Both the position numbers and the translations under genes were made by a program. The notes under the pieces are model-generated. The model saw only the letters and a program-made list of their open reading frames with translations, was not told the DNA's origin and ran no database searches. From Nitrospirota bacterium (GTDB lineage Bacteria; Nitrospirota; Thermodesulfovibrionia; Thermodesulfovibrionales; UBA9159), in contig CAVOUE010000006.1 in assembly GCA_963699545.1 (NCBI GenBank), positions 288,001 through 352,000 of the forward strand: 64,000 bases of DNA, given 5' to 3'. Below, one piece after another: positions 49,495 to 60,311 of the stretch (position 1 is its first letter; each line of letters starts with the position of its first letter).

Positions 49495-50513
49495 CTTCCT
49501 CCCCTCGCCAGCGTCTCTTTCAGTATTTCCTCAAGGAGAGAAGGAAAATCGAGACCGGACAGCCGTGCGATCTTCGGCAGGAGACTGGTCTCTGTCATCC
49601 CCGGGATGGTATTCACCTCCAGAACACAGGAGTTGCCCTCATCATCCACAATGAGGTCAACCCTCGTGGCACCCGTACAACCCAGGGCCAGATGCGCTGA
49701 AAGGGCGATCCTCTCTGCCTTGTGCAGGGTCTCCGAGCGCACCTCGGGAGGAAGGATATAGTCGGTCATGCCCGGCGTGTATTTTGCCTCATAGCTGTAA
49801 AACTCAAGCTTCGGCCTCACCTCAACCGAGCCGAGTATCTTCCCATTGAGGATCCCCACCTGTATCTCCCTTCCTCGGATAAACTTCTCTATGATCACCC
49901 TCTCCCCAAACCTAAGGGCAGTCCCCATCGCAGCATCTATGGAAGATTCTTCTTTCACGATACTCACTCCAATGCTGGAGCCTTCAGTGGCCGGCTTTAT
50001 CACCCACGGCATAGCGAAAGCAATTCTCAATGTTGAGTTTTGAATTTTGAGTGAAAAATGTTTTCTTGAACGTCGAACGTCGAACTTTGCTGCCTCAGGC
50101 GGCTCGTTCTCTCCAGCGAATCCACCCGAATGCGGACCGGGGCGGGGACCTTGAACGGTCACGAACGGTGCAACAGGAATTTTATGATACAGGAAGGCCT
50201 TCTTAGATGCCTCTTTGTCCATGGCGAGGGCTGATGCAAGAACGCCTGAGCCGGTATAGGGAATTCCGAGCACCTCCAGGAGCCCTTGAATGGAGCCGTC
50301 TTCCCCGTATCCTCCGTGAAGGATAATGAACGCGATCTCAATCCCCTCCCTCTTCAGCACTGCACAGATGTCGGCACCGGCGTCAATGGCAACGGCATTG
50401 TAGCGGAGGCCCTTCAATGTATTAAGCACCGCTGTCCCGCTTTTCAGAGAGACCTCTCTTTCGGCAGAAATGCCGCCCATAAGGACACCGATCCTCTTAC
50501 CCGTTATCGGCAC
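49491..50513 (-). CDS. ddl: D-alanine-D-alanine ligase with an in-frame repeat-derived insertion of about 40 aa
   Basis: [37 protein letters not shown]. Confidence 0.95.
   Translation of the reverse strand: MPITGKRIGVLMGGISAEREVSLKSGTAVLNTLKGLRYNAVAIDAGADICAVLKREGIEIAFIILHGGYGEDGSIQGLLEVLGIPYTGSGVLASALAMDKEASKKAFLYHKIPVAPFVTVQGPRPGPHSGGFAGENEPPEAAKFDVRRSRKHFSLKIQNSTLRIAFAMPWVIKPATEGSSIGVSIVKEESSIDAAMGTALRFGERVIIEKFIRGREIQVGILNGKILGSVEVRPKLEFYSYEAKYTPGMTDYILPPEVRSETLHKAERIALSAHLALGCTGATRVDLIVDDEGNSCVLEVNTIPGMTETSLLPKIARLSGLDFPSLLEEILKETLARGGR
50022..50157. repeat. Heptamer-flanked hairpin element in ddl
   Basis: TTGAACG TCGAACG TCGAACT...GCCTCAGGC...CCGGGGCG...TTGAACG; homologous to 57724-57775. 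Confidence 0.75.
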
Positions 50514-51459
50514 TGCCGAACCTCCCCACAATCCTTATCTCCGGTTCCAGTACTGCCCCGAAGGCCTTCATCACCCTTTCCTTCACTTCCTCCATCAACC
50601 CCAGGAAGTCCGCCGCCTTCCCATTACCCTTATTGATAAGGAAATTCGCATGGAGGCTGCTCACTTCCACATCGCCCCTCCTCATTCCCTTGCATCCGGC
50701 CTCATCAATGAGCCTGCCTGCATGGGCGCCAGGGGGATTCTTGAATACACATCCCGCAGAAAACTGGGATACGGGCTGTTTCTGCACTTTTTCCCGGAGG
50801 AAATCACCCACCCTTTTCGCCACGTTCCGTGGGTCTTCCTTTTCAAATCTCACATTCGCGCTAAGGACGATCGTCCCTTCAGGGATGGCCGACCGCCTGT
50901 AACCGAACCCGAGGTCGTCCCTGCCGATGGAGAACACCTTGCCCCTGATATCGATAACGGTCACTGACTCCACACTATCTCCGATCTCCTGTCCGAAAGA
51001 ACCGGCATTTCCGCGGAGAGCGCCCCCCATGAGACCGGGGATGCCTGCCAGCCCTTCTATACCTCCATACCCGTGGGCCATGCCAAGATTCACCAGTTTC
51101 TGAAGCGGGGTGCCTGCCTCCACAAAGAGCCTCACCTCATCGGCACTTTCTTCAATGGTCTCTATGTGATTAAGCATAACCGTAGAGATGACCGCCCCCT
51201 GTATCCCGTGATCGGAGACCAGGAGGTTGCTGCCTCCTCCCACGGGCATCATAGTGATGCTTTCATCCTTCAGGGCTATCAACAGGTTCTTCAGGGAAGG
51301 TATGTTTTTCGTGATCACATAGAAGTCGGCGGGACCGCCGATCCTGAGGGTTGTGTGGTCCTTCATTGACTCATCGGCAAACACATCCCCCACGAAGACG
51401 TCCGCACCGAATATCTCCTTCATCCTCTTGTCGGACAACTGCTGGGTCATCACCTTCAT
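50497..51459 (-). CDS. murB: UDP-N-acetylmuramate dehydrogenase
   Basis: [33 protein letters not shown]. Confidence 0.96.
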   Translation of the reverse strand: MKVMTQQLSDKRMKEIFGADVFVGDVFADESMKDHTTLRIGGPADFYVITKNIPSLKNLLIALKDESITMMPVGGGSNLLVSDHGIQGAVISTVMLNHIETIEESADEVRLFVEAGTPLQKLVNLGMAHGYGGIEGLAGIPGLMGGALRGNAGSFGQEIGDSVESVTVIDIRGKVFSIGRDDLGFGYRRSAIPEGTIVLSANVRFEKEDPRNVAKRVGDFLREKVQKQPVSQFSAGCVFKNPPGAHAGRLIDEAGCKGMRRGDVEVSSLHANFLINKGNGKAADFLGLMEEVKERVMKAFGAVLEPEIRIVGRFGSADNG

Positions 51460-52851
51460 CCTTCGCCCTGCATCCTCTTCAGGAGTTCTTCACCGGCCTT
51501 CCAGACATCACCGGCGCCGATGGTCAGGAACAGGTCATGGGGTCTCAGCCTTTTCATGATGGTTTCCGCAAGCATGTTCCTGTCGGTGAGAGAGACCACA
51601 TCCTTGTGCCCGCTCTCCTTTATCGCCTTTACCACGGCGCCCGCGTTCACCCCCTCTATGGGCTTTTCACCGGCGCGGTAGATATCCATCACGAAGAGGA
51701 CATCGGCATCTGAAAAAGAATTCCCGAACTCATGGAGGAGGTCCCTTGTACGGGTGTATCGGTGGGGCTGAAAGAGCACAAAAACCCTTCCCGTTTTGCC
51801 GTCGGAACAAGTCAGGGACTCCTGCGCCGCCTTCAGGGTTGCCCGGATCTCTGCAGGATGATGCCCATAGTCGTCAAAGAACTTGATGCCATCCGCCTCA
51901 CCCTTGAACTCGAATCTCCTCTGTATACCGCTGAAACCCTGCAACGCTTCCCTTATTCTCGGGAATTCAACCTTCAGTTCCATGGCAACGATGATGCTCG
52001 CGAGGCAGTTGAGGATGCTGTGCATCCCGGGCATCGGGAGGAGAAAACGTCCCATGTCATTTCCTTTGTACTTCACATCAAAGCTCACGGACAGGAATCC
52101 CTTTTCCACGTTGGTAGCAAGAACATCCGCATCTCCTGAAAGGCCGTACGTGATATATCTTCTGTGCACCCTGGGGAGGATCTCGCGGATGAGTTCATTT
52201 TCGATGCAGAGAATGGAGAGACCGTAAAAGGGAACCTTATTGATGAAAGAGACAAAGGCATCCTTCAGGGCGTCCATTGTTCTGAAGAAGTCCATATGTT
52301 CCCTGTCGATATTTGTCACCACCGCAATGGTGGGGGTAAGCTTGAGGAATGATCCGTCACTCTCGTCCGCCTCCGCAATGATGAAGTTCTCCCTTGCCGA
52401 GACGGGCGTTGCTTCCCGTTGCCATGAGTTTACCGCCGATCACCACCGTCGGATCAAAGCCGGCATGACCGAGGATGGTGGCGATGAGGGAAGTAGTAGT
52501 GGTCTTACCGTGCGCTCCGGCTATGAGTATCCCGTACTTTAATCTCCCCAGCTCGGCGAGCATCTCAGCCCTGGGGATCACCGGGACAGACCTTTCCCGC
52601 GCGGCAACCACCTCAGGATTTTCGACCGAAACGGCGGATGAGATCACGACCACATGAGCGTCGTTGATGTTTTCCGGTCTGTGGCCTATGAAAACCTTTA
52701 TACCGAGATATCTCAGCCTCGTCACGGTGTCGGACTCCTTCAGGTCAGAGCCGGTCACTTCATATCCCAGATTATGCAAGACTTCCGCGATCCCGCTCAT
52801 GCCTATGCCTCCGATACCCACAAAATGAATGGTCCTGTATCGTTCAAACAT
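51456..52851 (-). CDS. murC: UDP-MurNAc-L-Ala ligase; +1 frameshift at about 52388
   Basis: [17 protein letters not shown] | [26 protein letters not shown]. Confidence 0.95.
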
Positions 52852-54021
52852 TTTTCCTCGGTCCGTCCGCCGCCCCTGCCGTGCCAGCGCCTTTCCTGTC
52901 CCCCGATCTATGCCCGGCGATCGCCGTATTCTTTATCAGACTCATCACGATCTCCACGATCTTCTGCGCGGCATCAGGCCTTCCGAGGGACCTGCTTGAC
53001 CCCTCCATCTCGGAGCGTATTCCGGCATTGTCAAAAAGATCTCTTATGTTCCTTGCAAGGGTTTCCGAATCGAGCTCGTGGTCAAGAATGACCCGGGCAG
53101 CACCCATCTCGGAAAGCCTTCGGGCGTTCAATTCCTGGTGATTGCCTGCTGCATGGGGATAGGGGACAAGTATTGCGGGCCTGCCCACGGCGGTCAATTC
53201 GGCCAGGGTGGTAGCTCCGGCCCTGGATACCACGATATCCGCCACTGCGTAAGCCTCAGGCATCTGATGGATGAATGCCGCCACCGTGCCCTTGATCCCC
53301 CACTTCCGGTATGTTCTCCCTCACGACGTCATAGTCGCCTTTCCCCGTCTGATGGAGAAACTGGATCTTTTCCCTGATATCGCTGATGCTGGAAAAGGCT
53401 CCGCAGACCGCGTTATTGATCTTTCTCGCTCCAAGGCTCCCTCCAAACACAAACACGGTGAACCTGCCTCTCTCGAGACCGAAGAGTTCATATGCTGACT
53501 GTCTGCTGGCGTTCAGTATCTTCCGCCTCACCGGATTCCCGGTTATATAGGTCTTGTTCCTCGGGAAAAAAGAGAGGCTCTCATGGTAGGTCACACAGAC
53601 GATATCAGCAAAACGGCCGAGGATCTTGTTGGCGAGCCCCGGCACTGAGTTCTGCTCCATGATGAGCGTGGGTATTCTGAGCAGGGGTCCCGCAAATGCC
53701 GGAGCAAAGGATGCATAACCGCCGAGGCCGATCAGTGCATCAGGTTTCAGCTCCTTCAGCATCACGTAGGAGTCATAGAGGGAAAAAACCGTTTTTATCC
53801 CGGCCCTGGCCTTCTTCATGAGCGATCTCCCCGCAATTCCTTCAGCCTTCAAGTACCGAATGGGGTACCCTTCCCCGCGGGACGATAGACGCCTCGATGC
53901 CGTGCTCCGTCCCAATAAAGATCACCTCTGTGGACCCGTCCACTCTCTTCAACTCCTCGGCTATGGCAATCCCAGGGAAGAGATGTCCTCCCGTCCCCCC
54001 GCCCGCCAGCACTATCTTCAC
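52844..54021 (-). CDS. murG: MurG glycosyltransferase; frameshifts at about 53875 and 53315
   Basis: [10 protein letters not shown] | GGYAS, EQN, GNPVR, GGSLGA | [15 protein letters not shown]. Confidence 0.94.
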
Positions 54022-55235
54022 AAATTCCCCCGACCATTCGCTCTTCCGTAACGGCTCAGCGCGTACCCGCGACCGTATACCGACACCATCGCTTTTTTCT
54101 TCTCGATGAGCCCCTCTGTCTTGTCAATAACTCTCCGCACCTCATCCCCCCTGGAGAGCCTCAGGAGCAGTCCCACGGCCACCATGTTCATCAGGAGGGA
54201 GGAGCCGCCATAGCTGACAAAGGGAAGGGGAAGCCCCTTTGTGGGAACAAGCCCTGTGGTGACGCAGAAGTTAATCAGCGCCTGAAGCGCGATCATCATC
54301 GAAAGACCCGACGCAAGATAGTATCCGAAGGGTTCCTTTGTCCTGTTTGCGATAGAGACACCCCTCAGGAACATCAACAGAAAGAGGCAGACGACGAAGC
54401 CTGCGCCGATAAAGCCAAGCTCTTCCCCCACAAGGGAAAAGATGAAATCCGTGTGGGATTCGGGGAGGAAGGCGAGCTTCTGCTTGCTCTCTCCCAGGCC
54501 TATCCCCTTGACACCGCCGCTCCCGAGGGCAATGAACGACTGTACAAGCTGGAATCCCGAGCCCTGGGAGTCTTTCCATGGATCGAGAAACGCGAGTATC
54601 CTCTTCAACCGGTAAGGCTCCATGGCGAGTTTTATAGAGACGGGTACCAGCAAAAGACCGAGCATCATGACATACCGCAGGCGTATGCCGGAGAGAATCA
54701 GCATCGTAACAGTAAGGATACAGAGGCTCATGGCGGCGCCAAAATCAGGCTGCTTAAGGAAGACCGCCTGGAAGAGTCCCATTATGCCGACAGGGACGAG
54801 GAACGAGATGATACTGTCGGTCTTATAGGAAGGCATGGACATGTACTTCGCAAGGAATATGACCATGGCGAGCTTCACCAGCTCAGAGGGCTGGAACGTG
54901 GACGGCCAGAGCCTGATCCACCTTCTCGCCCCGCCGGCGCTGATCCCGACCTTGGGGATAAAGACAAGGATAAGGAGTATGAACGAAAATACCAGCAGGG
55001 GGATCGCCGCTCTTTTCAGAAGCCCGGGGTTGGTCCTGTAAGCAATGTACATGAAGGTCGAACCCATGATCATGGTAAAGATATGCCTCTTGAAGTAAAA
55101 GAAGGGGGTGACATTCTTTTTCGCAAGAACAGGGGTAACCACGGAAGTGGAGCTGTAGATCATGATAGAACCAAAAATGACAAGGACAACCGTTATGAGG
55201 AGAAGCCACCGGTCATGGCAACGGTTGTTCACCAT
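54018..55235 (-). CDS. ftsW: SEDS protein FtsW
   Basis: [31 protein letters not shown]. Confidence 0.96.
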   Translation of the reverse strand: MVNNRCHDRWLLLITVVLVIFGSIMIYSSTSVVTPVLAKKNVTPFFYFKRHIFTMIMGSTFMYIAYRTNPGLLKRAAIPLLVFSFILLILVFIPKVGISAGGARRWIRLWPSTFQPSELVKLAMVIFLAKYMSMPSYKTDSIISFLVPVGIMGLFQAVFLKQPDFGAAMSLCILTVTMLILSGIRLRYVMMLGLLLVPVSIKLAMEPYRLKRILAFLDPWKDSQGSGFQLVQSFIALGSGGVKGIGLGESKQKLAFLPESHTDFIFSLVGEELGFIGAGFVVCLFLLMFLRGVSIANRTKEPFGYYLASGLSMMIALQALINFCVTTGLVPTKGLPLPFVSYGGSSLLMNMVAVGLLLRLSRGDEVRRVIDKTEGLIEKKKAMVSVYGRGYALSRYGRANGRGNL

Positions 55236-56696
55236 CTAGGATAGCTCCGCGACAATCTTCTTGAACTGCTGCCCCCTGTCTTCGAAATCCCTGAACATAT
55301 CAAAGCTGGCGCATGCAGGGGAAAGGAGGACCACGTCCCCTCTCTTCGCCAGCTCCCTCGCCCTCTCCACCGCATCGCGCAGGTCAGAGGCAAGAACCGT
55401 ATCCGTCAGGTCACCCAGGGCAGCCCTGATCTTTTCGGCCGCTTCACCGATGAGGACCAGTGCCTTCACCTTTTCCCGTACAAGAGGTCTCAGTTGTCCG
55501 AAATCACCCGCCTTATCCCTGCCACCTGCGACAAGGATGACGGGTTCAAGGAATCCCTCGAGGGACTTCATTACGGCACCCACGTTGGTCCCCTTGGAGT
55601 CGTTCATATATCTCACTCCCTCCAGTTCCCTCACAAATTCAAGCCGATGTTCAAGGCCGGAGAATTCATGGAGTGCAGTCACGACAGCATCGGGGCTGCA
55701 CCCTGCAAGGAGAGCCATGGCCGAAGCGGCCATGGCATTCTCCAGGTTATGGACCCCTTTAATCCTGATCTCATCAGCATGGATTAGTGCTGAACGTTGA
55801 GCAACGAGTGTTGAGTCAGGAAAGTGACCGTAAAGTCTTCCCTCCCTTAGGTATATCCCATTCACCTCTTTATTGCGGCTAAAATAGAAGATGCGCGGTT
55901 TCTCACCCCTCACTCTCAACTTCCCTTTTTCAATTTTCTGCACTTCTGGATCATCAGCGTTCAGCACAAGAAAGTCATTTTCGCCCTGATTCCTGAAGAT
56001 GGCGGCCTTTGCGTTACTGTATTCGTCCATGGAATGATACCTGTCCAGATGATCGGGAGTTATGTTCAGGAGCGCAGCCCCCGTGGGCCTGAACTCATCG
56101 ATGGATTCCAGCTGAAAACTCGACACCTCCACAACTACAAAGTCAGGGGTCGAGTGTTGAGTGCCGCCCGATGAGTTCCCATTGCTCTTTACCCCTGACT
56201 CGCTACGCCTCACGGCCTTATGAATTTCCTCTGTCAGCGCGTTGCCGATATTGCCGCCCAGGAGGGTACTGAACCCTTCGCTCCTGAGCATTACGTCAAG
56301 AAGCGTCGTGGTAGTGGACTTACCGTTGCTGCCGGTGACCGCCAGAAACGGTATCTGACCTCCGGCTTCATGCTCCCAGCCTCTGGTCATCTCGTATGCA
56401 AGTTCAAGCTCTCCGATGATCTTAAGCCCCTTTTCCCTTGCCTTCGCTATAGGCCCGATCTCCAGCGAGACCCCCGGACTGACCACCACAAGGTCGGTCC
56501 CGTTCATCCTCTCGGGATACCCGCCGAGGCAGAGCTTCACCGAGGGAGAAAGCCGCTGAACGTATTCGCTGAGCTCCGCTTCGGGTTTCCTGTCCGTGAC
56601 CGTGACATCGGCTCCGGAGTCCGACAGCAGGTTCGCTGCGCCCACTCCGCTCCTGCCGAGGCCGAAGATGAGTATTTTTTTACCCCTTGTTTCCAC
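55236..56696 (-). CDS. murD: UDP-MurNAc-L-Ala-D-Glu ligase with several short insertions
   Basis: VVSPG, TGSNGKSTT, EVSSFQL, DHLDR, DSKGTN, SPACASFD. Confidence 0.96.
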   Translation of the reverse strand: METRGKKILIFGLGRSGVGAANLLSDSGADVTVTDRKPEAELSEYVQRLSPSVKLCLGGYPERMNGTDLVVVSPGVSLEIGPIAKAREKGLKIIGELELAYEMTRGWEHEAGGQIPFLAVTGSNGKSTTTTLLDVMLRSEGFSTLLGGNIGNALTEEIHKAVRRSESGVKSNGNSSGGTQHSTPDFVVVEVSSFQLESIDEFRPTGAALLNITPDHLDRYHSMDEYSNAKAAIFRNQGENDFLVLNADDPEVQKIEKGKLRVRGEKPRIFYFSRNKEVNGIYLREGRLYGHFPDSTLVAQRSALIHADEIRIKGVHNLENAMAASAMALLAGCSPDAVVTALHEFSGLEHRLEFVRELEGVRYMNDSKGTNVGAVMKSLEGFLEPVILVAGGRDKAGDFGQLRPLVREKVKALVLIGEAAEKIRAALGDLTDTVLASDLRDAVERARELAKRGDVVLLSPACASFDMFRDFEDRGQQFKKIVAELS

Positions 56697-57786
56697 CGGA
56701 TTCCTTTGCCTCCGCCTTTGCGTTCTCCTTTGCCTTATGTTTTTTCGCGTATTTGCCGGACTTGGTTTTCGCCTTCTTCTTCGTTATCTTTTTCTGAGCC
56801 TGTTTGCCCGGCGCTTCCTTCACTTCCGAGGTCTTCACACTGTAGGAAGCCGGACGAACAGAGGATTTATAATCAGACTTCGTGAAATACATCACCGGGT
56901 CTTCCTTTCCGTTCATGATGGCAAAGCCTTTCTCCATCAATACTTCCGATTCCTTCCATAATGTTCCCCTGCTCGGCGCACCCAGCAATGCAGCAATAAC
57001 CGTCTCATTTCCCTGCTCACTGGCACAAACAAAACAGTGTTTCGCCTCCCTCGTATAGCCCGTCTTGCCGCCGAGGATTGTCTCGTCAGCCCAGAGAAGT
57101 CTGTTGCTGTTCTTGATAAAGATGGACCTGCCATTCTCCGTGGAGATACGGCTCGCCTTGGTGTTGATAATCTCCCGGACAAGAGGATATCTGAGGGCAT
57201 GCCGCAGCATCCTGGCAAGGTCATACGCCGTGGTGTACTGACCATGTCCCGGCAATCCGGTTGAATTGACAAAATAGCTGTCGGACATTCCCAGTGCGAT
57301 CACCTTCTGATTCATAAGTTCCACAAACTTCTCCTCTGAATCTGCCACCGCCTCTGCCAGGGCAAAGGCCGCATCATTGGCGGATTTAATAAGCGCTGCG
57401 TTCAGGAGCGTCTCGACCGATACTTTCTCTCCTGTCTTGAAATTCGCCTTGACGGGTGAGACACCGGCAGCCCGCTCGCTTATGGTGACCGTATCAGCAG
57501 GGTTCAGCCGGTCAAGGGCTATCATGGCAGTCATGAGCTTCGTAGTACTTGCGGGGGGGAGTTTCAGGTTCGGGTTTTTTCCGTAAAGGATCCTCCCCGT
57601 GGACGCCTCCATCACCACCGCGGACTTGGAACTGATCTCGGCAGCGTATGATGTCAAACAGAATGCGTGAAACGTGAAGAGTAAAAAGAAAATGAACAAC
57701 GGGATGTTTCCTTTTTGATCATGGAACTTTGTCGCCTCGGGCGACTCGCCGGGGCGAGAACTTTGAACGTTGAACTGTTGCTTCAT
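56680..57786 (-). CDS. D-Ala-D-Ala carboxypeptidase (peptidase S11) with Lys-rich tail
   Basis: PASTTK (SxxK), SAN, GKTGYT; start taken at ATG 57786. Confidence 0.9.
   Translation of the reverse strand: MKQQFNVQSSRPGESPEATKFHDQKGNIPLFIFFLLFTFHAFCLTSYAAEISSKSAVVMEASTGRILYGKNPNLKLPPASTTKLMTAMIALDRLNPADTVTISERAAGVSPVKANFKTGEKVSVETLLNAALIKSANDAAFALAEAVADSEEKFVELMNQKVIALGMSDSYFVNSTGLPGHGQYTTAYDLARMLRHALRYPLVREIINTKASRISTENGRSIFIKNSNRLLWADETILGGKTGYTREAKHCFVCASEQGNETVIAALLGAPSRGTLWKESEVLMEKGFAIMNGKEDPVMYFTKSDYKSSVRPASYSVKTSEVKEAPGKQAQKKITKKKAKTKSGKYAKKHKAKENAKAEAKESGGNKG
57724..57775. repeat. Heptamer-flanked hairpin element at the carboxypeptidase N-terminus
   Basis: GAACTTT-GTCGCCTCGGGCGAC-TCGCCGGGGCGAGAACT-TTGAACG-TTGAAC. 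Confidence 0.75.
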
Positions 57787-57788
57787 TT

Positions 57789-58871
57789 TCACCTCACCTT
57801 CAATGTTGTAAGGCTTAAGAGGGCAAGCACGATCCCCACGATCCAGAACCTGACGATCACCTTGGGTTCCGGCCATCCCTTCAATTCGAAGTGGTGATGG
57901 ATCGGCGCCATCTTAAATATCCTTTTCCCTGTCATTTTAAATGATGCCACCTGAAGAATGACCGATAAGGTCTCTATCACGAAGATCCCACCCACCAAAG
58001 CGAGCACGATCTCGTGTTTTGTTATTACCGCCAGCGTCCCCAGGGTGCCGCCAAGGCCCAGCGACCCCACATCACCCATGAAGACATCGGCAGGATATGA
58101 GTTATACCAGAGAAATCCCAGGGCTGCGCCGAGCAGTGCTCCGCAAAAGACAGTAAGCTCGCCTGTACCGGGAAGGTAGAGCACCTGGAGATACTGCGCA
58201 AGGTTCTTGTTCCCGGAAATATAGACCAGGGCTCCATTGGCCAGCACCGCGATGCTTACAAGGCCTGTGGCCAGGCCGTCGATACCGTCGGTGAGATTCA
58301 CCGCATTGGATGAGCCCACGATGACAACAATGGAGAACGGGATGTAGAACCAGCCTAGGTCGAACAACCACTTCTTAAAGAACGGAATGCTCAGTACATC
58401 ATTGTAAGGATCCTTGGGGTTCATATAGAGGAAGACGCCGATAAGAAGCGCCAGGAGGAGCTGCGAACCGAACTTGTACCAGCCCCTCAGTCCTCTATGG
58501 TTCTGCTTCATCACCTTAAGGTAATCATCCACAAGACCTATGGCTCCGAACCCTACGAGGGAAAGGAGCATTACCCAGATATACATGTTCCTCAGATCAC
58601 CCCACAGGAGCACAGAGAGGACCACGGATCCTATGATGAGAATCCCTCCCATGGTGGGCGTACCGGACTTGACAGCATGCGTCCCGGGCCCGTCATCCCT
58701 GATCTGCTGTGTCAGGCTCAGTCGCCTCAGCCGCGCCACGATCCAGGGGCCGAAGACAAAAGTGATCAGCATCGCGGTCATGATAGCAACAGCCGTCCTG
58801 AAGGTGATATATCTGAATACATTCAGGGGAGAAAAAACATCGCGAAGGCTGAAGAGGAGACTATAGAGCAT
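57789..58871 (-). CDS. mraY: Phospho-MurNAc-pentapeptide transferase
   Basis: TPTMGG, DD, NAVNLTDGIDG, FMGD, APIHHHFE. Confidence 0.97.
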   Translation of the reverse strand: MLYSLLFSLRDVFSPLNVFRYITFRTAVAIMTAMLITFVFGPWIVARLRRLSLTQQIRDDGPGTHAVKSGTPTMGGILIIGSVVLSVLLWGDLRNMYIWVMLLSLVGFGAIGLVDDYLKVMKQNHRGLRGWYKFGSQLLLALLIGVFLYMNPKDPYNDVLSIPFFKKWLFDLGWFYIPFSIVVIVGSSNAVNLTDGIDGLATGLVSIAVLANGALVYISGNKNLAQYLQVLYLPGTGELTVFCGALLGAALGFLWYNSYPADVFMGDVGSLGLGGTLGTLAVITKHEIVLALVGGIFVIETLSVILQVASFKMTGKRIFKMAPIHHHFELKGWPEPKVIVRFWIVGIVLALLSLTTLKVR

Positions 58872-60306
58872 TTCCGATCTCCTTCATGCCGGCGATGGTA
58901 TCACGGGAACCCCCGCAAGAAATGCCCGCGTTGTTCCCCAGTACCCTTTCCATCTTCATCGCCCTTGAGCCTTTCACAAGAACGGTATCTCCCGTCCCGC
59001 AGATGCCAAGGAGCATCCTTCCTGCCTCCGCAGAGTTCGATACCGCGACAACACGGCAGGATCCAGAGTTCTTTCCGCGCGAGGCGGAAAATTCCTCTGC
59101 TGCCTTCTCCATCATTTCACCCACTGCAATGAACACATCCACCGGAAGCCCCGACATCCATTTTCCGAGCCTTCGGTGAGCCTCTTCTGCATAGGCGCCC
59201 AGCTCGAGCATGTCTCCGAGGACCGCGATGGCCCTGTTCTTTCTCACTCTCACCAGTTCCTTTACCGCCTCTTCCATGGATGCCGGGTTTGCATTGTAAA
59301 CATCGCTTATGACCGCGGCGCCGAAAAGTTCCTTGAACTCAAACCTCATGGGTACGCCGGCGAACGACTCTATTCCCCTTTTTATCTCCTCCAGCCCCAT
59401 GCCCAGCACGGTGCATACGGATGCGGCGGCAAGGGCATTGGAGACATTGAACCTCCCCGGGATATTTATGGTAACGTTCACGTATTTCTTGCCGACACAA
59501 AGGGTGAAAACCGAACGCCGCTCTTCCAGTTCTATATCCTGCGCGTATACATCAGCAGCGCCGCTCATACCGAAGGTGACCCGCTCAGGTCCCCTGCTTC
59601 CTCCCGTCCTTCCAGAGACTCCTTCCATAAGGAAACGGTCATCGGCGTTCAGCACAATGGTCTTTACCGCATCGTAGAGTTCCAGTTTCGTACTCCGCAC
59701 CATCTCCAGGCTTCCGAACCCTTCAAGGTGTGCCGGCCCGATGTTGGTAATGACCCCGTAATCGGGGAGAGCGATGTCGCATAGCTCCCGTATGTCACCC
59801 GGGATGCTGGCGCCCATCTCCATCACCGCAAATTCATCGCCCTCTCCCATCCCCGTGAGGCTCAACGGCAGCCCTATCTGGTTATTGAGGTTCCCCGCAT
59901 TCTTCATGACCTTATGCTGAACCCCCAGTATTGACGCAATGAGTTCCTTCGTAGTCGTCTTTCCGTTTGTTCCTGTGATGCCGATCACCGTGGCGCGACT
60001 TTTCAGCCTGACATGTCGGGCGATATCCTGAAGGGCCCTCAGGGTGTTCTTCACATGGAGGATCGTCCTTCCCCTGACCGGAGCAACCGCCGGATCGCTC
60101 ACCACAGCCCCCCTTCCCTTCCTCATGGCATCCATGACAAAGTCGTGGCCGTCGAATCTCTCGCCTTTGAGAGCAATGAAGAGTTCCCCTTCCCTGATAC
60201 TCCTGGAGTCAATCGAAACCCCGGTAAAGGAAGTCCCTTCGGGAGTCTCGCAGACCACCCTTCCGCCCGTGGCGTTGATTATTTCCTTAAGCGTCAAAGC
60301 TCCCAT
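58861..60306 (-). CDS. murF: UDP-MurNAc-tripeptide D-Ala-D-Ala ligase
   Basis: GTNGKTTTKE, NNQIGLP, YNANP, GDMLELG, KGSR. Confidence 0.96.
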   Translation of the reverse strand: MGALTLKEIINATGGRVVCETPEGTSFTGVSIDSRSIREGELFIALKGERFDGHDFVMDAMRKGRGAVVSDPAVAPVRGRTILHVKNTLRALQDIARHVRLKSRATVIGITGTNGKTTTKELIASILGVQHKVMKNAGNLNNQIGLPLSLTGMGEGDEFAVMEMGASIPGDIRELCDIALPDYGVITNIGPAHLEGFGSLEMVRSTKLELYDAVKTIVLNADDRFLMEGVSGRTGGSRGPERVTFGMSGAADVYAQDIELEERRSVFTLCVGKKYVNVTINIPGRFNVSNALAAASVCTVLGMGLEEIKRGIESFAGVPMRFEFKELFGAAVISDVYNANPASMEEAVKELVRVRKNRAIAVLGDMLELGAYAEEAHRRLGKWMSGLPVDVFIAVGEMMEKAAEEFSASRGKNSGSCRVVAVSNSAEAGRMLLGICGTGDTVLVKGSRAMKMERVLGNNAGISCGGSRDTIAGMKEIGNAL

Positions 60307-60311
60307 GGACT

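Noticed and set aside
19065-54021. True pseudogenisation or programmed frameshifting of pgi, murC, murG, nrfD, Fe-S and cytochrome genes
   Set aside because: Small indels in otherwise intact and partly essential genes, mostly at one recurring motif or at homopolymers; sequencing error is more parsimonious.
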